A DNA stretch of 17,808 nt from positions 1-17,808 of the forward strand of contig CDMY01000815.1 in the NCBI GenBank assembly GCA_001179505.1, written 5' to 3'. Under the pieces are notes generated by a model that had not been told where the DNA came from, made no database searches, and saw only the letters and a program-made list of their open reading frames with translations. Positions 1-9,022 of the stretch are shown here, piece after piece. The DNA is from Vitrella brassicaformis CCMP3155. Lineage: Eukaryota; Protista; Chromerida. How positions within the stretch are numbered: the stretch's first letter is position 1; every line of letters begins with the position of its first letter. The translations under genes were made by a program, and so were the position numbers.

Positions 1-138
1 GCCGTCTTGGCCTCAATCGCCCAGTGGACCGCCCGTCGTCTCTCTGGGGGCAGCTGCTGGAGGCCGTCCTCGAAGCGCTCCTTGGCTGCCTCATCGGTCG
101 CCTGCCGCCCCTCCTTGACCGCCGCCCTCCGTCGGGTG
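1..138 (-). CDS. Internal exon of a hypothetical gene continuing off the left edge
   Basis: Polypyrimidine tract and AG acceptor on the minus strand (ttcttctctcccaaccccttccag, AG at 140-139). It is followed by a stop-free, GC3-rich frame TRRRAAVKEGRQATDEAAKERFEDGLQQLPPERRRAVHWAIEAKT. No recognisable domain; upstream exon not located. Confidence 0.45.
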
Positions 139-462
139 CTGGAAGGGGTTGGGAGAGAAGAACATGGCAATGAAGCTGTGATTCAAATTGTGTGTTCACA
201 AATATGCAGCCCAAATATTCTAAATTTTCTCCCGCTCCGTTTTTGGCGGCTTTTGGAATGTGTTCCTTGTTTGTTGGATTTTTTTTTGTTTTCTCATCAA
301 TTTTTTATTTGTTTGCGTTGTTTTAAGCATTCTGCGGTTTGTTTTTCAAATATTTTTCGGCACATTTGGGACCTTTTAAAAAACGCGCGATCAGGGGAGG
401 AGGCTTCACCAGGGTGTTGCACAGACTTCGTTCAGTGTCTCATCTCTGTGTGTGTCTTCCAG

Positions 463-1078
463 AGGGCCGCTGTTGGAGCTGCGCTCTTGCAGACGCCCAA
501 AGCATTTTACAAGGCGGCGTGGGCCTTGCAGCGTGCGGCGAAGACATACGCGTATGGATGGGCAGGAACGCTGTACGCCGAACTCACGTGCGTCATGGAG
601 GTCCCATCGACATGTCATTTCTGGACCACCCTGAAACCGCGGGCTGCAGCATCCCAGGCCGAGGAAGCGGCCGAGCGAGTCGAAAAGCTGAGTGCAACTT
701 TGATAGGGAGCAAACAGAGTAAAATCGACAAGCGTCAGAAGAAGGCCGATATAGCAGTCGACCTTGCCCTCTCGTCCGCAGTCGAGTTCTTCAATCACGT
801 AAGTGTGCTTGTGTGTAGGTGATTTATGGACGCATCATATGCTATGTATGTATGTGTATTTCGTGGCGTTCCTGCGGTGGCATCCATACATGCAGGACGC
901 CTTGCAAGCACTGTTGTTTAAGAGCTTGCAAGGAGAGCTAGACATGACTGTTGCTGTGCTGTTCTGTGTCCATGCTGTGCGTGTCCGCAACTTCTACGAT
1001 GAGATGGTGCAGTGTCAAAGCCTTTTGCACTTCTCATTCACCGGAGGGACCCACATGATGGAGGATGTCAGGATGTAG
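463..1078 (+). CDS. Hypothetical spliced coding segment, 5' end unresolved; exons 463-798 and 896-1078
   Basis: Acceptor gtgtgtcttccag (AG 461-462), donor GTAAGT at 799 and acceptor catacatgcag (AG 894-895). The phase-0 join gives ...AVEFFNH|DALQALLFKSLQGEL... No recognisable domain. Confidence 0.45.
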
Positions 1079-1544
1079 CGAATATGCATAGTTCAATCCC
1101 TAGTTTTGTCCCCCATAGTTTCATCCCAACGACAATCTCCTGCCCAAACAATCCCCTGCCCAAGCAACACTCCAAGGAAGTGTCATGGATCGCCACAAAG
1201 CCTGTGACAAAGACCGTCACATCTGACGAGTTCGTCAATCTCAATTCGCCCAACCACGTGATCCAAGCCAGAGACAAAGAAAACTGAGACACGCTGGTCC
1301 GTCTATGTGCCCTTACATGCATGTATGTATGCAGCCTTACGCGATCACCCTGGGCTGGCCCTATCGCGCCCTATCCCTCACGCCACCTATCCATTCACCC
1401 CTTATCTAGCCATTGCTTAGAGATGGTTGCATCAAGTGAGACTTGTCAATTGATTGGCTACGTACGTCTTACTTGATGCGCCACGCGTTGTAATCCGTCT
1501 GCTCACTGCCGTGGAATGAGCCATCGGCACTGGCATCCTCAATT

Positions 1545-2846
1545 TCATAGCCCCATTTGTGAAGAATTGCTGAGAATTCGGCTTGCTGAGAATTCGTGTA
1601 GCGCGTCAGGGGTGTATTCAGAAGTTATCAGCTTCGGGCTCGAAGATAGGGTATAGTTACCCGAGCGGAAAGCAAACAGCTCGCAGCCTTCGCAGTCAAG
1701 CTTCAGAGAAGAAAATGCAAGCCAATCAGAGGAGACAAATCGGTTGTTGTCAAATTTCAGCCTTTTGACGCCAGTGATTGAGGCGAGTTTCGTAGACATC
1801 GGATTCTTTCGTGACGCAACACCTTGGAAACGCCCCACCGCACTTATGGTCTCCTGACTACCGGCATTCTTAAGAAACGCATCCAAGGGCACAATGAACA
1901 CCTCTTGTTTGATGTAGTCGCTGTCTGACGGACCGATGTCATGCTATCACCTAAAATCTGGATACAGGGGCGTGCTTACTTCCATCTAAATTATCCGCCC
2001 ATTTGCTTTCTCCCTCGACTCGGGAACCCCCAGCGTTATGACCTAAGAGCAAAGCAAAGCAACAGCGCATATAAGCAAGCAGTATGGGACGCGCTCACGC
2101 GGTCTGTATATATTTGCATTGCGAAGGAATTCTCCAACTCCTACAGGGTATAGTGTGATTCTTTGCGCAAGATCAGGATTTAATTTGAGATTGGCCAAAA
2201 GCATCAGATAATTCTCAGGTACGGGCTCAAATGTCACCACGGACTGCCCAGCAGCGGCAAAAGTCAAAGCGCACATACCTATTGGAAACATTTTCTTCGA
2301 AAAAATGTATGGGCCATCCTATCATAGTACCGATGTTGCCGCCAATCTCTAAGATGTCAAGGCGACGGTGCGGAGCCATCCCGTATTTTCTTTGCATCTT
2401 GTTGATCAGATCAAGGTGCGTGTCGCAATCTTCCCAGGACCCCCTGGCGCGGATTGCATTACTGATGTAGTCATTACGTTGCCAAATGAAGAAGGGGAAG
2501 CTATCCCTGCTTGTTGGAGAGGGTAACTTGCGCGGTATGGCGTAGATCACTCTTTGAACTTTCGGAAGATCAGTTTCTTCGGCTTGATGAAGGACGGCTT
2601 TCCACAAATCGCGCATTCGTGAAGCATCGAGCGGCGGGGCATGCATACCAGTAGATCCTGGAGAGCAATGCCAGTCAGACATAAATTGTCACCTTCACTT
2701 CGTCCGTGGCACGATTTCATACCGTCCAGGATGGTGTTGATAGTGGTCATATTCCACCATCCATATGCCACCTTTGGTTCGACAGGAGCGGCGCTGGCAT
2801 ATTTCATGAAATAGAGGCATGAAATGAAGCAAATCCCGCGCGTCAT
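1545..2846 (-). CDS. FkbM-family (Methyltransf_21) SAM-dependent methyltransferase with a signal-peptide-like N-terminus; last exon probably frameshifted (restored stop at 1469-1471)
   Basis: Exons 2846-2723, 2657-2331, 2278-2099, 2042-1980 and 1924-1545 are joined by four GT-AG introns (65, 52, 56, 55 bp), all phase 1, giving 357 aa. FkbM motifs are in the expected order: LDILEIGGNIG, VVTFEPVPENY, ITLYPVGVGE, HNAGGS, LKLDCEGCE, ITSEYTP. The N-terminus MTRGICFISCLYFMKYASA-AP resembles a signal peptide. Confidence 0.88.
1567..1596. repeat. 16-bp-period tandem duplication (ttgctgagaattcg x2, spacer gc) in the last FkbM exon
   Basis: Identical 14-mers at 1567-1580 and 1583-1596. Confidence 0.95.
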
Positions 2847-2894
2847 TTCAGTCCGGTGCAAAAAGGGCAAAAAGCGAGCAAACAAGTGGATATG

Positions 2895-3150
2895 CCCCTC
2901 ACAGCACATTGGCCGATGTAATCCATTGATATTTTCTGGAATGGTCTGTCCGCTGACGGTGTCTTTATGGCTGGTCTCTTGTTCATTCTGAGGCCGCGCT
3001 TGCTCTGACATACAGCACACGAGTCTATATGTTTCCGTAGGTTCTCATACATGCCAGGCCAGTAATACTCCCTCGCCAGATGCCGTCCAAGCAGATGCTC
3101 GTCGTGCAGCTTCATTGCTTCTGCTCGTGGTGCAGATGCGGTGACCCATG
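2895..3150 (-). mobile_element. Degenerate Ty3/gypsy-type retrotransposon integrase fragment (H2C2 zinc-binding region and start of the catalytic core)
   Basis: Reads EAMKLHDEHLLGRHLAREYYWPGMYENLRKHIDSCAVCQSKR...ADRPFQKISMDYIG. YYWPGM...CxxCQ and RPFxxISMDxIG are hallmark Ty3/gypsy integrase motifs. The usual HxGxxKT segment appears deleted and similarity stops just after the first catalytic Asp. Confidence 0.82.
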
Positions 3151-3798
3151 ACGGCCTGCATGTGTTCCAGCCTAAGTGGCTGATCTTTGTGAACACCCAC
3201 AAACAGCCGAGATCGGGGACGCCAAAGCGGGGCCAAGTGAGCAAAACAGAAGCAGCGAAGCAAACAAGCAACGGAGCAGCATGAATGGCTTCCCTTTGAG
3301 CACTGGGAAGCATTTGCAGTGAAACAAGGAGTCAACAACCATGATCAGACAAGCAGGCGGCCGCCCGGCCTTTCTCGCTTATGTATTTCTCCCAATAAGT
3401 GTTTCCCGAGGGAGACGCCGCATCTTCTGAGGGGCCCACCACCATCTCGTGACGGGTCAAGACGGGGCAGAAGCGGCCGGCGTCAGCCTCCCAGAGGGAG
3501 CAGCAGGGGGGGGGGGTGCCGATGGATGTCAGATGGCCAAAACAAACCTCAAAATAGCATTTCCCCAGTGCATTTCCACCCCCCTCCCCCCCCACCGTCG
3601 TCTTTTAATGTGTCTTTAAATGTCTCCTGTTTTTCCATTTATTTTTCTGTAGCTGATTTCCGTTGCGGTTGTGCTTGGACACGTCAAGACGTCGTTTGCC
3701 GTAACGTTGCGTTTATTTGACGATTTTCAAATATTTCTGCGGTTTGCCCAAGGCTGAGCGGTGCGCGGCTCCCAGCTGAACCTTCTTCTGACCATGCA

Positions 3799-3871
3799 AA
3801 ACCAAACCAAACCATATGAAAGCCAGAGCACCCCTGAAGCCCCGACCGAACCTAACCGAATCGAACCGAAA
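3799..3871. repeat. Pentamer arrays (AAACC)3 and degenerate (CCGAA)6
   Basis: aaaccaaaccaaacca at about 3799-3814 and ccgaccgaacctaaccgaatcgaaccgaaa at about 3842-3871. Confidence 0.6.
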
Positions 3872-4404
3872 ATGCCGTCAGAAGAGCTATAGGAGAGTGC
3901 TTCTCTTTGTAAAAATTTAGCCTTTGCATTCCATCACCCATTCGCCAGTGAATCATTCCTGCTTGTTTGTCTCGCCCAAGCGAAGCTCAAGCACTTGCCC
4001 CGCTCGCTCTCCTCGTCCTCGCCGCCGGCCGGGTTGTTTTTTGTTGTTGTTTTCTTTTTTCTTCTTCTCCTTCTTTCCGGGCCAAGCTGGATGCCGGGCG
4101 AGTCAGGCGGCCTGCTGCGATACCCTGTAACAGACGGGCATTGTGAACTTCGGCCGGATAAATGGGACACGGACAAATGGGAAAAAATGCGAAATGGGAC
4201 ACCCTGGGCCGCTTATGCACTAAGGCGGTCTGGACTGTATCTGCAGGGAACCGTTTCATAGCATTTGTTGTTCATAATCGCTGAGGCCGTGTATATTATT
4301 CGGACGATAAGCGTATGGATACGCACTTCATTTCATGAGAGGCCGACAGACTCTGCCTGCTGTTGCGCTATGAGTCAATGTATTCCCACATAAGCGTATG
4401 GATA

Positions 4405-4575
4405 TGGATGCACACCAGTGTATCGACAGCGATACGGTAGTGTCTGTACAACCTATCAACATCATGTTGAAGCACATCCTCCTCCTCCTCTTATTGGTAC
4501 GCTCATCTTCTTCTACCGTGAGCTGCTTTGCCCCCTTGCCGACAAATATGTAGTGCCTTGTCACCATGGCCTTTT
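4405..4575 (-). pseudogene. 3'-terminal remnant of an AP2 paralog (C-terminal tail plus 3' flank)
   Basis: AMVTRHYIFVGKG aligns with AMESKHYTFVGKG (about 5015-5050) and AVESRHYTFVGKG (about 17478-17513). The flank gtatcgacagcgata...gtgtctgtacaacctatcaacatcatg matches about 4868-4927. There is an in-frame TGA just upstream and no AP2 domain. Confidence 0.75.
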
Positions 4576-4984
4576 TTCAGGCTTGATTGACCCGGCTACG
4601 ATGGTGTCCGGAGGTTAGACTTGGACAGGAATACTTTTGTTTGAATCAGATACAGGATCTTGTTTTCTTTCTTTTGCTTTTAGTACATGCTGGCGCTCGC
4701 TCATTGCTAAATGAAGCGAGTACGGTACATGCTCTATTATCGCTCAGTCCAATGCAATTAATGAATAACTTCTGCTTTCTGCAGGTCCTGCAGAGCCGGC
4801 ATCGCGATGTATTTCTTGTTGACTTGAGATCGAGTGTGTGCAGTATTCAGTGTGAATGCACAGACCGGTATATCAACAGCGATAATGTAGTAGTGTCTCT
4901 GTACAACCTATCCCTATCAACATCATGGGCTACCCTCACTCTCCCCTCCTCCTCTTCTTCCTCTTGGGACGCTCCTTCTCACTA

Positions 4985-5610
4985 TCATCTACGGCGGGCT
5001 GCTCTGCTGCTACCCTTGCCGACAAACGTGTAGTGTTTTGACTCCATGGCCCGCCGGTGTGCGATGGCCATCTGCTTGGCCTTCTCGAAGCCAAGCTCCT
5101 TGATGGAGAAATACTTGGCCTTCTTCTCGCCGTCCTCCCGCCATTGGGCCACCCATGCATGGTTTCTCTGCATGTAGTTGACGCCCCGAACGCCGCTCTG
5201 GTGCTCAGCCGTCTTCCGTACAGCCGCCCGCCCGCTACGCTCCATCTCAAGACGGTGCTCCTCAGCCCTCGCCTGACATACACACACATACATACATACA
5301 GGTGCAACATGCATGGCTGACATAACAGCATGAAGTTCAGCCGATGAAGTGGATACCTTGGCATTGTCGCCGTGCTCCTTGACGCAGAAGGTCTTGTGCT
5401 TATGCCTGCCGTCAGCCTTCTCCCACCAGGAAGCCACCCAGGCCTGGGTATTCTCGTTCCAGGAAACACCCGGCACATCAGACTGGTGTGCTGCAGCAAA
5501 CACACACACACACGAGAACAGGTGTTGCCTTTCTGTCCCACTCATTTGCTCACCCGCGACACCGACGACAGTCTTCCTTCTCTTGTCGGTGGTCTCGCGG
5601 CGGTGGCCAG
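4985..5610 (-). CDS. ApiAP2-type DNA-binding protein with two tandem AP2 domains; 5' end unresolved
   Basis: Exons 5610-5554, 5490-5357 and 5272-4985; introns 5553-5491 (GTGAGC..TGCAG) and 5356-5273 (GTATCC..GTCAG). Domain 1: QSDVPGVSWNENTQAWVASWWEKADGRHKHKTFCVKEHGDNAK|ARAEEHR. Domain 2: QSGVRGVNYMQRNHAWVAQWREDGEKKAKYFSIKELGFEKAKQMAIAHRRAME. Both match the ApiAP2 pattern GV.....W.A.W....K.F..K..G...A...A...R. Confidence 0.9.
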
Positions 5611-5727
5611 CTGGGAGTCGTCCCAATCGCCCGTAGTACCATCATGTTGATACACAACAGACAGAGAAGATGCCCTTCACATTTGTGTTTTCTCGTGCCA
5701 TATTTGCATTCACCCCACCTCCGTGCG

Positions 5728-7809
5728 TCACTTGAGAAACCCCTCCTCTCCGTGCAAACGCATCATGCGCAAATGGAACTCCTGCCTCGTCCTCTGGAAC
5801 CTCTGTAAAACAAACACGAAGTGACCGAAAAACAAAAGGCGTGGCATGTCAATTTCTCACCGCGCTGCACAATGGGCGATAGGCCTCGTCGGATATCAAC
5901 GGGCGTCCATCCCTGTGAAAAAAGATATTGCATAAGTGCCGTGTATATGTGGCCTTTGTGGCTCCTCTCTCACCCCTGCACACGTGGCTGCACGTAGAGG
6001 TAGTAGAAGTCAGATATCGCCATCCTTGCACACCTCTCGATCAGCTCCCGCTGGCGCGACATCTCCTCCTTCAGCCACCTCACGAGATTGACCGCATACT
6101 GCGACACATAATGCAGGGAGTCAGCGCAGGGAATGTCATGCGCAATGCGTACCGAGAGCTGGTGGGACCTGACGAAGCGATCAAGCTCAGCCCAGGTGTA
6201 GATCCCGTCGTTGACAGCCGAGATGAAACGAATCNNNNNNNNNNNNNNNNNNNNNNNNNNNNNNNNNNNNNNNNNNNNNNNNNNNNNNNNNNNNNNNNNN
6301 NNNNNNNNNNNNNNNNNNNNNNNNNNNNNNNNNNNNNNNNNNNNNNNNNNNNNNNNNNNNNNNNNNNNNNNNNNNNNNNNNNNNNNNNNNNNNNNNNNNN
6401 NNNNNNNNNNNNNNNNNNNNNNNNNNNNNNNNNNNNNNNNNNNNNNNNNNNNNNNNNNNNNNNNNNNNNNNNNNNNNNNNNNNNNNNNNNNNNNNNNNNN
6501 NNNNNNNNNNNNNNNNNNNNNNNNNNNNNNNNNNCTTCACTGGCCAGCAAGTACGTCTCGTACACTTGACGCTTGTCTCTGCCGTGGCTCAACATACTGA
6601 AAAAGGAGAGCGACAAGTCTGACTGCGGTCATTCAGACGAGCTCATTCCTTACCGGCCATAGGGTGCGTGGCGCTTTTCAGGCTTCTTGGGGTACTGCTG
6701 GTCAGGCCTGGACACACCCATGTAGAAGGACCACTTGCGTCGGCACCTATACTGCACACGGACAAAGAACAGAGGCGGGTTGACGGGTGTCAGTGACTTG
6801 GCCAGCGGTGTGCTTACCGCTTTAAAATAGAGTACGGCTGCCCCCTCGTCCACAAGCAGGCGCCTCTTCTCCACTGCCACGTCCGGTGGCAAGTTCTTGA
6901 CGTGCTCCTTGACGAGACTCTGCACGAAGGTCTCCGTCCGCGTCGTGTGCGCGGTCGACGTCGGAGTCTCGCCACGATCTGCCAACTCTCGAGCGACGTC
7001 GTCGATGGCTCCATGATGAACCACCTCCTGCTCAAAGTGGACTGGGTCCTCGCCAATCTGAAAGACAAAGAGACAAAGACAAAATTACCGCAGGCCCTCA
7101 AAACCCATCCTCCCGTCCCGTGAATCCCCCATCTAACACGAAAGCTTCCATTTACCGCTATCACATTCATGAGCACCAAACCACCCTGCGTAGACGGCAC
7201 GAGGACGTCGCTCGCTATCTCCGGACTGGGCATCACCACTGCCGCTCCCTCATGGCCGTGGATAGTGAGGTCGTCTGGAAGCTGAACGGATGACGGAGGG
7301 ACCGGCGGCGTGTCACCATCCTCTTGGTCGGATGCGGCCGCCGAGGAGACTGAAGGAGATCTCGAGGGCCGTCTCTTCTGTGCGCCTCTCCCCTTGCCCG
7401 GCACCCCTGTCCTCTGCGCCTTTCTCAGCAGAGGCGTCCTCCTCTCGCTCTCGCCGCCGCCCTCCTGGGCACCCCCTCTCTCCCGCCGCATGGAGACCGA
7501 GGTCTGCTTGTCCGAAGGTTGCATGGCATCCGCGCTGGAATCGGATGGCTCGACAGGATAGCTGTTGTCGTCAAAGTCGAGATCTTCGAATCCTGTCGGT
7601 GTAGCCATCTCCTCCTCTTCCCATTCCATCGGCTCATCAACAATGCTGCTCGGCCACACGTCGAGTGTTGGCCTCTCGTCGTCGTCACCAAATTCCTCCT
7701 TCGACTCCAGCTCCGCCATCCAGTCGCAAAAGTCGCATCCGCACTGGGTATCGACTTCGCCATGCATGCGGGCGTCTGGAGACGCGCCAGCTGGCAGCAC
7801 CTCGTCCAT
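5728..7809 (-). CDS. Multi-exon hypothetical protein spanning the assembly gap (acidic, disordered N-terminus; globular C-terminal part)
   Basis: Exons 7809-7156, 7057-6818, 6751-6654, 6596-gap, gap-5974, 5912-5861 and 5802-5728. GT-AG introns of 98, 66, 57, 61 and 58 bp are phase-consistent on each side of the gap. The post-gap frame IRFISAVNDGIYTWAELDRF...YYLYVQPRVQG|DGRPLISDEAYRPLCSA|RFQRTRQEFHLRMMRLHGEEGFLK* is GC3-rich but absent from the supplied ORF track. An in-frame TAG lies just upstream of ATG 7809. Linkage across the gap is inferred. Confidence 0.7.
6235..6534. other. Scaffold gap (300 N)
   Basis: Run of N; true length unknown. Confidence 1.
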
Positions 7810-8072
7810 GGCAGTCAGGGCACGATTTTGCTATCTGCAATGAGGGTGGTTAGCGCTCGTAGAGTCAACAGTACCAGCACACAGATCACCTGTTTGTTTC
7901 CGTGGTCCTCACGCGCCACACACTCACACACATTCTCTCATCTCCGTGAAATGAATTGAGTGAGGAGGTCACAGGAGATAGGAGCTGATTGATGATGGTG
8001 GCCATACTGGATAGGTGATAGGTGGTGTCTGGACGCAATTTGGCACGGCTGAAGTACGCTTTCCTGAACCGT

Positions 8073-8579
8073 ATGTCGTCCCCGGTCCCTTCCGGCGCTG
8101 GAAAGGGCAGTCCCTCAACCGAAGAGGAGGCGGCCATGTTCCTGAGCCTCAGTATGGCGGAGTTTCAGAAGGAGGAGGAGTCACCCCAGACGGCCACGGG
8201 CGTTTCTGCCCGGAGCAGTGGCAGCACCACCAGCAGCGCGTACACCGTGGGCATGAAGCGCCCGCACGAGGAGGGACATGGAGAGGGTGAGGGAGAGGGT
8301 GAGGACCGGGCCAAGAAACGGCAGGAGTGCGTGGCGATGAAGGACCGCAACAACGAGGTTGAGGCTCCCCTTCTTCCCGGGTAGGGGGGAAAAGGGGAAA
8401 CGGACTGGCAGAGGCACACCCCGTGTTTGTCTGGTGTTTGTTGTTGCAGCGTCAGTACCGACAAGCCACCACATCCTCGGGACCTTAATGCCGACAAGTT
8501 GACGCGGAGGGCATACTACCACGTGTGGGACACGAATCCAGAGCTGGCGTATCGGATGTACCAGCGGGGAGAAATATAG
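8073..8579 (+). CDS. Small two-exon hypothetical protein (about 145 aa), head-to-head with the 7809 gene
   Basis: Exons 8073-8380 and 8450-8579; intron GTAGGG..gttgttgcag, phase 2. The join gives ...EAPLLPG|VSTDKPPHPRDLNADKLTRRAYYHVWDTNPELAYRMYQRGEI*. MKRPHEE...DRAKKRQE resembles a bipartite NLS. Confidence 0.6.
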
Positions 8580-8764
8580 TAGTGGGGGATAGCCACAGAT
8601 GTAGGCCAGCCACAGATGTAGATCGTAGAGAGAGGGAGAGGGAGGTGTGAGACCTACGAGAGAAGGGACAACCGACACAGATGGGCTTGGATTACGTTGC
8701 TTGTTAGATAGTTGAGAAGGGATGGATGGATAGGTGGCTTGGCAAGAGGGAGTAGATGGATCGG

Positions 8765-8945
8765 GGACAGTAAACACGGTCTCCTTCAAGTACTTGCTGT
8801 CTGACGGACCGATGTCATGCCATCATTTAAAATCTGTGCATACAGCGGCGTGCTTACTTCCATCTAAATTATCCGCCCATTGGCTTTCTCGGCATAGCAA
8901 GCACGCCTAAAAGCAAATGGCAAGCAAACTTATAACTCCTACAGC
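8765..8945 (-). pseudogene. Isolated fragment of an FkbM-family paralog (end of exon 4, intron 4, start of exon 5)
   Basis: 8796-8890 matches 1920-2012 with about 7 differing positions, including donor GTAAGC and acceptor GTCAG. It translates ESQWADNLDG|NSKYLKETVFTVP versus ESKWADNLDG|NSDYIKQEVFIVP. There is also an aactcctacag match to exon 3 near 8934-8944. Confidence 0.82.
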
Positions 8946-9022
8946 TTGTCAGGTGCTTACTGTGTGCATGTGTGTTGTCCGCCCACCCCAACACTGATGG
9001 GCGTGCGACGTTACTTACTCCA

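Noticed and set aside
3319-3720. ORFs at 3319-3720 (+) and 3332-3595 (-)
   Set aside because: They run through G/C homopolymers and T-rich DNA with no recognisable domain or convincing splice sites.
4160-4202. Three aaatggga(c) words resembling MITE-terminal motifs
   Set aside because: There is no inverted partner or TSD, and the words are too short to support an element.
5300-5320. TGCATG words as ApiAP2 autoregulatory sites
   Set aside because: CATG/TGCA words are common throughout the CA/TG-rich introns here, and no enrichment can be shown without computation.
5273-5553. Both AP2 introns are multiples of 3 and stop-free, suggesting regulated intron retention
   Set aside because: The homologous intron in the 17.7-kb copy is 4 nt shorter over the visible part, so the in-frame property does not appear conserved.
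5928-6616. ORFs spanning the N run, including the plus-strand PLDQLPLARHLL... frame
   Set aside because: Their lengths are inflated by Ns. The minus-strand frame has consistent splice sites and higher GC3, so the plus frame is treated as its shadow.
7290-7959. Several plus-strand ORFs over the first exon of the 7809 gene; similar antisense ORFs over the LRR and AP2 genes
   Set aside because: These are shadow ORFs expected in GC-rich coding DNA, with no motifs or splice support.
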